Positions 1 through 10,002 of a stretch of 64,000 nucleotides of DNA are shown in pieces (within the stretch, counting starts at the first letter, position 1; each line of letters opens with the position of its first letter). The stretch is taken from contig JAIXQO010000004.1 of the NCBI GenBank assembly GCA_027485695.1, forward strand, positions 194,408-258,407, in the 5' to 3' direction. The notes under the pieces were generated by a model, which saw nothing but the letters and a program-made list of their open reading frames with translations, made no database searches and had not been told where the DNA came from. This stretch comes from Pseudomonadota bacterium (GTDB lineage Bacteria; Bdellovibrionota; UBA1018). Made by a program: the position numbers and the translations under genes.

Positions 1-1889
1 TCCGGGAACCACCAATAGGACGCCGTGATTTGCTTAAAGATCGACAGGAAATCGCCGACATCCCCGGCCGGCACTTCGGCGCGAAGATTCATCTCGTCTT
101 TCTTGCCGAAAACGATGTTACCTCCCACCGTGTAGGCGGTCCCGCCTTTCAGGCATTTGAGGTCGCGGAACTCGACTTTGTCTTCGGCATCGAGGTAGGA
201 GATCCGACCTTTGAAATCACCGAAACTCAAATGAATGAATTCGAAACCCGCTAGATCGCTGTCGAAATCCATCACCACGTTCTCGGCCGGGCCATGAACG
301 TGTACAGAGAGTTCGCCCCTGCCGGATGCTTTCTGTCCGATGAATTCCGAAACTTCTTTGAAATCGATATCACCTTCGCCACGAATGTCGAACCCGGGTT
401 TTTTGCCAATTCGGATCTCGCCTTTGGCCTCGAGCGCCGACTCGCGGATGAAGACAGACATCTGAGGGAATAGGACTTTGTCCGGAGTGACTGCAACCTT
501 GCCTTTGAGGTGCAGATCGGGAATGACGAAGATCTTGGTGAGCTTACGGGGTACGCCGTATTTCTGGTTGTCGAGCGTCAGTGCATCCATCGTCAGGTCG
601 ACGTCCCCGTCCAAGCGAAATGGACGCTCATCCGAAGGGAACTCGACTTTGAGGTTCGCGTCTCCAGTCAATCGACCATCTAGCGAGTAGAGAACGTCGA
701 GAACCGGAGAAGACAGCCAATTCACGTGAGCGCTACGGAGTTTGACGGGAATAGAAACCGGTGCCGAACTTCCGAGCTTCGTGCTAAATGAACCGATCTC
801 GATATCGCCGCCCTTACCGGATTGATCGGGACCTTTTTTCTCTCGTGGAGTCGTCGACAAGAGCGCGTGCTCTACATGGATGTCTTTGGTACGGGCGTTG
901 TAATCGCCCTCGATCTTGCCACTATCGATTTCAATGTCGCCGTATTGGAAATCCTCGGTACGGAGGGCGCCACGTGCTCGTAAGGTCTTTTCCCATTGAT
1001 CGAGGTCGGCGTTGACGGTCCCTTCGAACGCGACCGTACCCGACAACTCATCATCGTTCTCATTGCGCTTAACGAGCGTCTCGAGATTGCTCGTGCCTTT
1101 CATTTTGGCGTCGAGTTTCAAACCGGTTCCGGAGAGTATCTCGCCTTCCAAACGCCCATTAAGATCCAGCTCAGTAGCGCCTCGACGCAAATTAAACCTC
1201 TCTAAGTAGAGGCCATCTTTTTCGAGGCGGACTTTGAGGCTCAAACTCTCGAGATCGAGCGGGAGCGGGAAATTGACTTTGAGATCCGTACGCAGATTCA
1301 GCAGCTCAAGCGCCAAAGTATAGAAGCTGTGATTTTTATCGGCAACTTGTGACAAAGCGCCTTCTTTGGCCAAGAAGGAGATTTTGGACTTCCGAGCCGG
1401 AAGATCCAAAACGACTTCGGTATTTTCCAAGGTGATCTGTTCCGCGCGAACTTGAAACAATTGCTCCCAAGAGATGCGAAGCCTAGACGGAGGCGGCGTA
1501 TTCTTCAGTTTTTCTTTGCTCTCTTCGATCGAAGTTTCGACGCGTCCGTTGACGACACGAACCTCATGAATACTCACTCGCCCGGATAGCACCTGCATGG
1601 GCCTGAATCTGAGCAACAGCTGCTCGGCTGCGACGAGCGTACCTACCGGAAGTTTCGCCGGGTTTACCCCCGTGACTGAAACAAGTGGACGCGCGATGGC
1701 AACGCCGGGAGGAAAAAACTGCACTTGAAAGTGACTAAAGCCACCTTCCATCCCGAAATTGCCGGGAATCGTGCGTGAGACAATCCCCTGCGCACGGCTG
1801 GCGAACCACTCACTCTGAATGAATGCGATCGTCGAGAAGATCGCTCCACCGACGATTAAGATGAAGAGGATAAGAGGATTCGTTCGCAT
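1..1889 (-). CDS. TamB/AsmA-family large periplasmic protein (partial, runs off the window start)
   Basis: Not in the ORF track because it is truncated. Read manually from ATG at 1889: MRTNPLILFILIVGGAIFSTIAFIQSEWFASRAQGIVSRTIP..., an N-terminal TM anchor followed by beta-rich sequence. Overlaps the upstream TPR gene. Confidence 0.7.
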   Translation of the reverse strand, partial: MRTNPLILFILIVGGAIFSTIAFIQSEWFASRAQGIVSRTIPGNFGMEGGFSHFQVQFFPPGVAIARPLVSVTGVNPAKLPVGTLVAAEQLLLRFRPMQVLSGRVSIHEVRVVNGRVETSIEESKEKLKNTPPPSRLRISWEQLFQVRAEQITLENTEVVLDLPARKSKISFLAKEGALSQVADKNHSFYTLALELLNLRTDLKVNFPLPLDLESLSLKVRLEKDGLYLERFNLRRGATELDLNGRLEGEILSGTGLKLDAKMKGTSNLETLVKRNENDDELSGTVAFEGTVNADLDQWEKTLRARGALRTEDFQYGDIEIDSGKIEGDYNARTKDIHVEHALLSTTPREKKGPDQSGKGGDIEIGSFSTKLGSSAPVSIPVKLRSAHVNWLSSPVLDVLYSLDGRLTGDANLKVEFPSDERPFRLDGDVDLTMDALTLDNQKYGVPRKLTKIFVIPDLHLKGKVAVTPDKVLFPQMSVFIRESALEAKGEIRIGKKPGFDIRGEGDIDFKEVSEFIGQKASGRGELSVHVHGPAENVVMDFDSDLAGFEFIHLSFGDFKGRISYLDAEDKVEFRDLKCLKGGTAYTVGGNIVFGKKDEMNLRAEVPAGDVGDFLSIFKQITASYWWFP

Positions 1890-2725
1890 TGTTTCTTGCG
1901 TTCAACCGTATCACGATACTGTTCGTCAATCTGCGCAACCGCTTGATACCAGTAGATCGCGTCTTTCCAATTCTCCAGTTTTTCGTATGCGCGAGCCATC
2001 AAGTAGACCCAGTCAATTTTCGCGGCGACCTCAATATCTGGGTTCTCGATCATGGGATCCAGTTCAAGCAGCGCTTGAAAAGGCTTCCCCCCCAAAATCA
2101 GGCTAAACGCTTTGAGGCCACGCGCCTGCGTCTGCAAATCCGAATCGTACTCCGCTTTTTCAAACTCCAAAACCGCATAGTCATAAAGGTGCATCTGCAT
2201 CAGCGCAACACCGAGATCGAGACGATCGCGAGCGTGGCAGCCATGTGATACGTGAGCGAGGAAGGTTTGAAATGCCGATTCCGCGTCGGCATCCGGAAAC
2301 GGCGAATCATCGTGATCCTCCACTTCGAGGTGGAGATCGTCGACGAGTTCATGGAGCACCTGAAGCGGTTCTCGAGTGTCTCGATCGGACTTCTTGCGCC
2401 TAAAGAAACTTGTGCCTTCTTCGTGTAGTAGTTTCTGAATCTCGATTTCTTGAACTTCTTCTAGCAATCGAGGGGCTTGTGCGTTTGCGGGATCGTTGAT
2501 GAGGACCTTACGAAGGAGTTTTTTTGCGTCGTCGTAAAGACCTTCGGAGAGAAGGATCTTAGAATTAGAGATCCAGTCCGAGACCGACTCTTTGGCCGGC
2601 ATCTCGATATCCGCGGTCTTCTCACTATCGGACGCACCCGGGCTCAACGTGGTCTTCGTTTTAAGAAGATCGTCTCCAAGGTCAACCGTCGTCTGATCGA
2701 GAATGAGCGTTTTATCGGAAGACAT
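1856..2725 (-). CDS. TPR protein resembling the SgmX C-terminus / Bdellovibrio MglA-interacting TPR protein
   Basis: TPR-like helices (DLGVALMQMHLYDYAVLEF, YLMARAYEKLENWKDAIYWYQAV, YRDTVER). Lies between accC and the tamB-like gene. Confidence 0.7.
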   Translation of the reverse strand: MSSDKTLILDQTTVDLGDDLLKTKTTLSPGASDSEKTADIEMPAKESVSDWISNSKILLSEGLYDDAKKLLRKVLINDPANAQAPRLLEEVQEIEIQKLLHEEGTSFFRRKKSDRDTREPLQVLHELVDDLHLEVEDHDDSPFPDADAESAFQTFLAHVSHGCHARDRLDLGVALMQMHLYDYAVLEFEKAEYDSDLQTQARGLKAFSLILGGKPFQALLELDPMIENPDIEVAAKIDWVYLMARAYEKLENWKDAIYWYQAVAQIDEQYRDTVERKKQCERILLSSSS

Positions 2726-2748
2726 GGATCACTCCAATCTTCCTGATT

Positions 2749-4110
2749 TTACTCGTATTTCGGTAGAAACTCTTCCAGAAAATGGGTGTCGTAATCTGCC
2801 GCGACGAATTTCGGATCCTGCATGACTTTGCGATGGAAGGCGATGTTCGTTTTGATTCCGTCGACCACGTATTCGTCAAGCGCCTGCCGCATTTTGCGGA
2901 TTGCCGCCTCGCGGGTCGGCGCATGCACGATGAGTTTTCCGATCATAGAATCGTAGAACGGCACCACACGATAATGATCGTAAACGAACGTATCGTTTCT
3001 CACTCCAAATCCGCCCGGAAGATGGAACCCGGTGATGAGACCGGGAGACGGCGTGAAGCGTTCGGAGTCTTCGGCATTAATCCGACACTCGATCGCATGC
3101 GATTCGATTTTGACGTCCGACTGCTCATATTGGCAAGGGAACCCAGCGGCTACGCGAATCTGCTCCTGGAGGAGATCGATTCCGGTGACCATTTCAGTGA
3201 CGGGATGCTCGACCTGAATCCGCGTGTTCATCTCCATGAAGTAGAATTTGCCGTCTTCATCGAGCAAGAACTCGACGGTTCCGACGTTTTCGTAGTTCAC
3301 GGCATCGCAAAGGCGGATCGCCGCCGAACCCATCGCTTCACGGATTTCCGGCGTGACCATCGGAGATGGACACTCTTCGATGAGTTTTTGGTGACGACGC
3401 TGAATCGTGCAATCGCGCTCACCTAAGAAAATGCGTTTACCGTATTTGTCGCAGAGAACCTGGATCTCGACGTGCCGAGGTCGCTCACAAAACTTCTCGA
3501 TGAACATCGAGCCATCGCCGAATGCGGCTTGGGCCTCATTGCACATACGTTCAAACGATTTTTTGAGCTGATCGGGCTGATAGACAACGTGAATGCCTCG
3601 TCCACCGCCACCGGCGGCTGCCTTGACGATGATCGGATAGCCGATTTTTTTGCCTTCTTCGAGCGCTGCTTCTACGCTTGGAACCGCGGCGAGCGTTCCC
3701 GGCAGCATCGGCACTCCGGCGCCTCGCGCGATGTTGCGCGCACGCGTCTTGTCGCCCATCGCGTAGATATTTTCGGGCGACGGTCCGATGAACGAGATAT
3801 TGCATTCGCGACAAAGTCGCGCGAACTCAAAGTTCTCCGAGAGAAACCCGTACCCCGGATGGATCGCTTCTGCACCCGTGATGTCGGCCGCGGTCAGGAT
3901 CGCTCCCATATTCAGATAACTCTGCTTGGACGGGGGCGGACCGATACAAACCGCTTCGTCGGCGAGTTTGACGTGCAGGGATTTTTCGTCGGCGGTGGAG
4001 TACACAGCCACCGTGGAAATACCTAGTTCGCGGCACGCGCGGATCACGCGTAGCGCGATCTCACCCCGGTTTGCGATCAGGACTTTTTTGAACAGGCGTG
4101 GTTCGCTCAT
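2749..4110 (-). CDS. accC: Acetyl-CoA carboxylase, biotin carboxylase subunit
   Basis: KVLIANRGEIALR, HPGYGFLSEN, GGGGRG, RDCTIQRRHQK, EMNTRIQVEHPVTE. Confidence 0.98.
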   Translation of the reverse strand: MSEPRLFKKVLIANRGEIALRVIRACRELGISTVAVYSTADEKSLHVKLADEAVCIGPPPSKQSYLNMGAILTAADITGAEAIHPGYGFLSENFEFARLCRECNISFIGPSPENIYAMGDKTRARNIARGAGVPMLPGTLAAVPSVEAALEEGKKIGYPIIVKAAAGGGGRGIHVVYQPDQLKKSFERMCNEAQAAFGDGSMFIEKFCERPRHVEIQVLCDKYGKRIFLGERDCTIQRRHQKLIEECPSPMVTPEIREAMGSAAIRLCDAVNYENVGTVEFLLDEDGKFYFMEMNTRIQVEHPVTEMVTGIDLLQEQIRVAAGFPCQYEQSDVKIESHAIECRINAEDSERFTPSPGLITGFHLPGGFGVRNDTFVYDHYRVVPFYDSMIGKLIVHAPTREAAIRKMRQALDEYVVDGIKTNIAFHRKVMQDPKFVAADYDTHFLEEFLPKYE

Positions 4111-4129
4111 CGTTCACCCATCAGTGCAA

Positions 4130-4651
4130 TTACACCGTTGGATCGATGAGAAAAAGCGGTTCGCCGAACTCGACCGGCTGGCCGTTCTCGACCAAGATCG
4201 AGACGATCTTGCCGCTGATTTCGCTTTCGATCTCGTTCATGAGCTTCATCGCCTCGACAATGCAAAGGGTGTCGCCTTTTTTCACACGACCACCTTCTTG
4301 AACGTAGGATTCGGCTTCTGGACTCGGCGAACGATAGAAAGTTCCGACGAACGGCGAAGTGATCTTCTTCAGGCGATCCATCGATTCGGATGGAACTTCG
4401 GGCTCTTTCTTGGAGCCAGTGGCTGATGCCAAGGACAGCCCTGCAGAAGAACTGACCGCTGCATAACTGGCTGGCACACCGCCTAATTGGCGGGCAACCC
4501 GAAAACGTGAGCCCTTCGATTCGATTTCGATCTCAGATAAGCCGTGCTTTTCTAGCGCTGCAATCAATTCCTCGATCGGCGCCATGAAAGCAGAAGACTT
4601 CGGTTTCGATTCCGACTTCTTGGCCTGCTTACTTATTAACTTTTTCGACAT
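4130..4651 (-). CDS. accB: Biotin carboxyl carrier protein
   Basis: [13 protein letters not shown] and the EAMKLMNEI biotinylation motif; adjacent to accC. Confidence 0.97.
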   Translation of the reverse strand: MSKKLISKQAKKSESKPKSSAFMAPIEELIAALEKHGLSEIEIESKGSRFRVARQLGGVPASYAAVSSSAGLSLASATGSKKEPEVPSESMDRLKKITSPFVGTFYRSPSPEAESYVQEGGRVKKGDTLCIVEAMKLMNEIESEISGKIVSILVENGQPVEFGEPLFLIDPTV

Positions 4652-5198
4652 AGGCGTAGTCCCGCGTATCTACCTTGATCACATCGCCTTCTTTAATATG
4701 GAAAGGCACCTGAACCACTGCACCTGGTTCAAGCTTGGCTGGCTTCGTGCCGCCGGTGACGGTATCGCCTTTGAAGGCAGGATCGGTCTCGATCACTTTG
4801 AGTTGAACGAACGTCGGCAGTTCGATGCCGATCGGACGCTCGTTGTAGTACATCACTTGGATGATGAGGTTTTCTTGAAGGAAGTCTTTTCCGTCGCCGA
4901 GGAGCTCGGCCGAAAGAGCGACCTGGTCATAGTCCGCTTGATTCATGAAGTGATAACCTTCGGCATCACGGTACATGTAGGACATTTCTTTTTGTTCCGT
5001 GTTCGCGGCGTCGACTTTGTCACCAGAGGTGATCGTCTTTTCGGTCACGTTCCCGTTCAGCATGTTTTTCAGCTTAGTGCGGGTGAAAGCGCGGCCTTTG
5101 CCAGGACTGACGTGCTGGAAATCCACGATTTCATATGGAACTTTTTCAATTTCAACCTTCAGTCCCTTGCGGAACTGGTTCGTAGCGTACTGTGACAT
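4629..5198 (-). CDS. efp: Elongation factor P
   Basis: [37 protein letters not shown]. Start placed at ATG 5198 ([12 protein letters not shown]) rather than 5237. Confidence 0.96.
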   Translation of the reverse strand: MSQYATNQFRKGLKVEIEKVPYEIVDFQHVSPGKGRAFTRTKLKNMLNGNVTEKTITSGDKVDAANTEQKEMSYMYRDAEGYHFMNQADYDQVALSAELLGDGKDFLQENLIIQVMYYNERPIGIELPTFVQLKVIETDPAFKGDTVTGGTKPAKLEPGAVVQVPFHIKEGDVIKVDTRDYAYVEKVNK

Positions 5199-5377
5199 AG
5201 GGATATAGAGGTAACACGGAGGGCGAAGGGCCGGCAACGGAGAAGCTGAGAGACCTTATGGAGACTCAATCCCCTTTGATAACAATAGGATAGACCTAAA
5301 ATACGGCGATCTGGTGCAAATTTACGCGGTTTCTAGGCTTATATATAGAGAGAGGCTTTGAGGGGACCCCTGAGCCT

Positions 5378-5989
5378 CTAACGTTCGAGGCCCGCGCGGT
5401 ATCGCTCGAGTACGACGAGCGCCGATTGCAGGACTTCGACTTGTTTGAATTTCTTCTGCTTGATCACACGCTCGTCGCTATCAATCGCATCACGAGCTGA
5501 TTTGATGGAATGAACCACCTTCTGAGGTGCGGGGTCAGTTCGCAGCACCATCGCACCTTGATCGTAAGCTTGGATCTCCAGCTCTCGCACCATGCGCTCG
5601 GCATCTTTGTCCAAGTTATTGAAATACAGGAGCATCTTATATGCTCCGAGCGCCTCGAGCGTACGTCCGAGCATCAGCGCACTCTCTGCAAACAATCTCT
5701 GCGCAACCAAGTTGTCAGGCGCTTCGCGTACGACATCGCCCAGTTCAGTCATGACTTCATCAAATTCTTTTTGATCAAAGAGCGCGCGGGCAAGCGCCAC
5801 TCGTCCGCCGATGAAATTGGGATGAACTCGAAGTCCTTCGCGGGCGATCTCAATCGCCTCTTGTATCATGCCGGCACGCCGGTAGGCCTCGGCCAGGGGA
5901 GCAAACACACGCGACTTTGGATCTTCCTGATATTTCTTCAGGTAATCGAAAAGGATCGGCGAAAACGAACCTGGCTTCTGCGTGCTCAA
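5378..5989 (-). CDS. TPR protein downstream of pilQ
   Basis: DPKSRVFAPLAEAYRRAG...AIEIAREGLRVHPNFIGGRVALARAL TPR pattern. Confidence 0.85.
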   Translation of the reverse strand: MSTQKPGSFSPILFDYLKKYQEDPKSRVFAPLAEAYRRAGMIQEAIEIAREGLRVHPNFIGGRVALARALFDQKEFDEVMTELGDVVREAPDNLVAQRLFAESALMLGRTLEALGAYKMLLYFNNLDKDAERMVRELEIQAYDQGAMVLRTDPAPQKVVHSIKSARDAIDSDERVIKQKKFKQVEVLQSALVVLERYRAGLER

Positions 5990-5993
5990 ACCC

Positions 5994-7919
5994 TTAAGCT
6001 CCCTCTCGCTCCTCGTTGATCACACGTGGAGTGATGAATATAAACAACTCGTTTCGATCGATCGTCTTGGATTCTGAACCGAAAAGAATTCCGATCAAAG
6101 GAAGTTTTCTCAAGAACGGGAAACCGCTCTCACCCGTCGACTCCGAATTGCTGTAAACACCACCAATCACGAGAGTTCCACCACTCTCCGTGACCACACG
6201 CGTGTTGATCGACCGGTTGGCGATACCGCTGTTGGTCGCATCCAGCTGCTTCGGAACGTCGCTCTGAACCTGAAGGTCCATGATGATGTTGCCGTCGTTC
6301 GTGACCGTCGGGGTAACGCCCAAACGCAAGTTCGCGCTCGCCACCGTCTGACCGATACCGACCGCACCAGTCGTCGCATTGGTGACGGACGTCGGAACGA
6401 GGACCGGCTGACCTTGAACGATGTTCGCAGCTTGTTTATTCAAGACCACGACTCGAGGCGAAGAAATCACCTTGAGCTTACCCTCGACTTCGTTCATCGA
6501 CAGAATCGAATTGAGGCGAACGTTCATAAAACGCCCTAAACGCATACCAAGACCGAGCGTATTCGCTGGGTTGGTTGGGTTGGCGGTTGCAGCCGAGTTA
6601 GCCGAAACTGGGTTCGACAACAATGGATCTTGAAAACTACCGTCTCGAGCAATTCCATAACCGTAGAGCCGATTGTTGTCAGCCACGGAACCAAATCCCA
6701 ACTGACCGCTCATCGACTTCTGGAAGTTTTCAGATGCTTCTACGATCTTGGATTCAATTTGGACCTGCGGAGTTGGGCGATCCAAGAGCTCAATGATCTT
6801 AGCCATGCGGTCCAAGTTATCTTGGATATCCTGAATGATGATCGAGTTCGTGCGATCGTCGACTAGAATCGTGTCGCGAGTCGCGCTCGCGTCACCAGAA
6901 CCGGCTGCCCCGGCGCCGAAACGCTGAAGTACAGGAACCAATCGAGCCGGCTCCGCGTAGCTGATCGGGAAAATTCGAGTGACGCGTGGAGCGCTTGCTT
7001 GCGCAGCAGTCTTCGCCTGCAACTGCTGGGTTTTTTCCTGAGTAAGCGTCTGAAGCGTCGCAATCCGGAGAATGTTTCCGTTTCGCTCGGCACCCAAACG
7101 AAGCGTCGTCAGAACGATATCGAGAACCTGATCCCAAGGCACATCCGTGAGACTGAGATTCACCCGACCGGTGACCTCGCTACCAATAACCATGTTGAAA
7201 CCTGAGGTATCGCCAATCAAACGAAACACGTCGACGACGTCTGCGTCTTTGAAGTTCACTGTAATCCGACGCCCGACGTACTTTTTGTCTTTAATCGAGG
7301 CTTCGACCTGCGCAAGCGCGTCTTTTGGCGGCTCGTTCGGAATCTCAGGAGTGGAGGTCTCCGCATCCGATGCTTGAGTAGCAAGCGAATCCGAGGAATT
7401 TCCGGCCGACGCTTGAGACGCCTCGTTCGCAGAAGAATCTTTGGCCGCTTCCGGGTTATCTACCGGCGCCTGACCTGCGGCAGCTTCGGCTTCAGAGATC
7501 ATAGCGAGATCGGCCGGTCCACCGATGGCCAAGAGTGCTTGCTTTCCATTCGCCTCAAGATTCGCTTCTACCGCTTTGCGGAGCTGCACGATCACGCGAA
7601 CCGACTGTCCGTCTTTGCTCTCGTATGGACTGACTAAGATCACGTTACCCTTGAAGCTCGACGTATCGATCGCTCGACCAACATTCCGATTCGCAAGTTT
7701 GGCGTCCTTGATTTCTAGAACAATCTGCTGGTCGCCCGTATTTTCGGTCTTCTCGATTTGCATCGCACCATCAGCGATCACGCGAATCTGCTGCGGCGAA
7801 GACTTGCCGAGAAACTCGATTTTTTGAATTTTGACCGCGGCAAACGATTCACTGGAAATCAACGCAGCAAACAAAAATACTGCATGCTTAGTTCTTGAGA
7901 TCGCATCGAGTTTCATCAC
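5994..7919 (-). CDS. pilQ: Type IV pilus secretin with N-terminal AMIN-like domain
   Basis: Signal peptide; ITVNFKDADV, VPWDQVLD, DDRTNSIII, QVQIESKIVEA, LRKLPLIGILF, ELFIFITPRVI. Confidence 0.96.
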   Translation of the reverse strand: MMKLDAISRTKHAVFLFAALISSESFAAVKIQKIEFLGKSSPQQIRVIADGAMQIEKTENTGDQQIVLEIKDAKLANRNVGRAIDTSSFKGNVILVSPYESKDGQSVRVIVQLRKAVEANLEANGKQALLAIGGPADLAMISEAEAAAGQAPVDNPEAAKDSSANEASQASAGNSSDSLATQASDAETSTPEIPNEPPKDALAQVEASIKDKKYVGRRITVNFKDADVVDVFRLIGDTSGFNMVIGSEVTGRVNLSLTDVPWDQVLDIVLTTLRLGAERNGNILRIATLQTLTQEKTQQLQAKTAAQASAPRVTRIFPISYAEPARLVPVLQRFGAGAAGSGDASATRDTILVDDRTNSIIIQDIQDNLDRMAKIIELLDRPTPQVQIESKIVEASENFQKSMSGQLGFGSVADNNRLYGYGIARDGSFQDPLLSNPVSANSAATANPTNPANTLGLGMRLGRFMNVRLNSILSMNEVEGKLKVISSPRVVVLNKQAANIVQGQPVLVPTSVTNATTGAVGIGQTVASANLRLGVTPTVTNDGNIIMDLQVQSDVPKQLDATNSGIANRSINTRVVTESGGTLVIGGVYSNSESTGESGFPFLRKLPLIGILFGSESKTIDRNELFIFITPRVINEEREGA

Positions 7920-7949
7920 GGGTCACTCCTTGACCGGACTAGCCAGTTT

Positions 7950-8687
7950 CTATTTTTTCCCGCCGGGGCCGGCATCTGCCGCCATCGACATCTCGGTTTC
8001 GATCAATTCCTCTTCGCCGAGCGCGTTCACGAGCTTCTCTTTGACTACGAGAGATTTGGTCGTGATCTTAGCAATGATACCATTCTTATTTCCGATCTTC
8101 ATCTTCTCGGACACGAAGTGTGTTTTACCATCCGGCGCCAAAATCATGGCGCGCATCCGCTTGGGACCGGTCATCACGCCGGTCAGCTTGAACTCGTTCA
8201 CGGCATACTTTTCCAAATCCGTGAGCTGCTCGTTCGAGCTCTTCTGCGTTTCTGGCTGCTTGAACGGATCACGAAATTTCAGAAAATCCTGAATCCCTGC
8301 CCGAGCTTCTTCGTTGGTCTTCTTAATTTCGGATTTGACGGTGATGTTTTGGCCGGACTGAGAAAGATCAGGAGCTGATGCTCCTGCAGGAGTACCAGGC
8401 CCGGCACCGGATACTGCGCCTCCGGGAGGTAGAGAGCCTGCCGCAGACTGACCCGCTGCTGCAGCGGGACCTTGAGCGGGAGGAGCTTGCACTGGAGAAT
8501 GAGGAGCAGACGTCTGAGCTTGTGCAGGAGGAGCGGCTACCGGCGGAGCCGCCGCCGCTGGTTGCGCGGGAACTTGAGCCGCTTGTTGGGGAGGATTTGC
8601 GCCAGGAGCGGGTGGTTGGGCGAACGCCCGAAACAAACCAGCACCAATCCCCAAAGTTAATATCATCGCAGACGCCGCACGGTTCAT
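7950..8687 (-). CDS. pilP: Type IV pilus assembly protein PilP with long Pro/Ala/Gln-rich N-terminus
   Basis: RDPF motif, LEKYAVNEFKLTGVM, AMILAPDGKTHFV..KIG; lies between pilO and pilQ. Confidence 0.9.
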   Translation of the reverse strand: MNRAASAMILTLGIGAGLFRAFAQPPAPGANPPQQAAQVPAQPAAAAPPVAAPPAQAQTSAPHSPVQAPPAQGPAAAAGQSAAGSLPPGGAVSGAGPGTPAGASAPDLSQSGQNITVKSEIKKTNEEARAGIQDFLKFRDPFKQPETQKSSNEQLTDLEKYAVNEFKLTGVMTGPKRMRAMILAPDGKTHFVSEKMKIGNKNGIIAKITTKSLVVKEKLVNALGEEELIETEMSMAADAGPGGKK

Positions 8688-9319
8688 GGTGCAGCTCCGG
8701 CAGCTGCTGTCGGAGCGCCTGCTTTTGGTTTTTCTTTTCCAGCCTCATCTTCGATCGTCGGCTGATACATAAACGTTTTCAGTAATAACGTGCCGTCGAT
8801 TTCGACGAATTTTTGCCCGGCCGGTTGACCGGCTCTCGAGCGTAGTTGAACGCTATCCACCCGCACAATGCGGTCTGCTTGAGCGATCCGCTCCAAGAAA
8901 GCGACGATCTGAACGAACATTCCACTGAACGCGATCTGAAGGGGAATTTCTTCGTAAAAGTTTTGTTTTACTCGAGCTCCGGGAGCGACAGAGTTCAACG
9001 TCAGGCTTAACTTCTTGGATTCTTCGAACAAGAATTTCGAGAAACCCGGCATATCGCTGTTTTCGGACAACGTCTGCTTCATCTGCGACAGCTGCTCGAC
9101 GAGCGTTCTCAGTTCTGCTTTTTTGGTCTCCAGACGCGCGATGAACTGCTTGCCCTCTTCGGCTTTCTTCTTCTTGGACTCGATCTCCTCTTGTTTCACA
9201 CGAATCTCTTCTTGCTTCACCAATAGTTCAGAAGCCGGATCATTGTAAAACGAGTAGTAGTCGTACCCGAGATAGCCCGCGCCGACGATAAAAAGTAAGA
9301 AGAGGTAAGAACGATTCAT
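8684..9319 (-). CDS. pilO: Type IV pilus assembly protein PilO
   Basis: TM plus coiled coil, FYEEIPLQIAFSG..FLERIAQADRIV; operon position. Confidence 0.92.
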   Translation of the reverse strand: MNRSYLFLLFIVGAGYLGYDYYSFYNDPASELLVKQEEIRVKQEEIESKKKKAEEGKQFIARLETKKAELRTLVEQLSQMKQTLSENSDMPGFSKFLFEESKKLSLTLNSVAPGARVKQNFYEEIPLQIAFSGMFVQIVAFLERIAQADRIVRVDSVQLRSRAGQPAGQKFVEIDGTLLLKTFMYQPTIEDEAGKEKPKAGAPTAAAGAAP

Positions 9320-10002
9320 CGCTTCTTCGCCTCCAAGTCGAACGTTGTAACGTCGACTCCTTTGTCTTTGGTCGTGCGCATTCCCATCATGTTGACGTCC
9401 TTGAAATAGATCGTCTCTTCAAGCGCGTTTTGGAAGTCCGAAACGACGCTCGCGCCGATTGCGGAGCCGGACATTTTGATGACTCCGTCCTGCCAAGTAA
9501 AACCACTGATCCAAACATCCTTGGGAGTCGCCTGTGAAAGGGCAATCAACATCTTCGAAACCACCGGGCGCTCTTCTAGAAGTTTTTGAACGACCGACAT
9601 TTTGGTCTTCACGGACTTCTCGTCCGCTTCGATGCTCTTTCGAAGCGTCTCGTAACCGGCGGTCTTGGCGATTTCGGAGTCGAGCAACGACATTTCGTTT
9701 GCTAACCGTTCGATCTCACTGTTGACGACACCTAGCTCTTCTAGTTTCCGCTCCTCGATCAAATAGTAGCCCATCCCAAAAACCGCCATACCCAGAATCA
9801 ACGACACCACCAGGTTGCGGGTAGCTTCTTTGCCTCGGAGTTGTGCGCCCTTGGTCGATTTGTAAGCGGGAGAATCTTGTGGGAGGAATCGATCTAATTT
9901 TGTTTTCCGTAAGAAATCATGCCACTGAGCCTTAAGCCCGCCGCCCTCTTCGAGACCGATACCTGCCGATCGTTTTTTCTGGGCAAGGTTAATCTTGATC
10001 AT
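9316..10002 (-). CDS. pilN: Type IV pilus assembly protein PilN
   Basis: MIKINL N-terminal motif, TM, coiled coil, PKDVWI. Confidence 0.93.
   Translation of the reverse strand: MIKINLAQKKRSAGIGLEEGGGLKAQWHDFLRKTKLDRFLPQDSPAYKSTKGAQLRGKEATRNLVVSLILGMAVFGMGYYLIEERKLEELGVVNSEIERLANEMSLLDSEIAKTAGYETLRKSIEADEKSVKTKMSVVQKLLEERPVVSKMLIALSQATPKDVWISGFTWQDGVIKMSGSAIGASVVSDFQNALEETIYFKDVNMMGMRTTKDKGVDVTTFDLEAKKR

Noticed and set aside
5085..5115. EF-P loop PGKGRAF as an EarP rhamnosylation type
   Set aside because: The tip residue is the standard Lys of PGKG; no earP or epmA is in the window.
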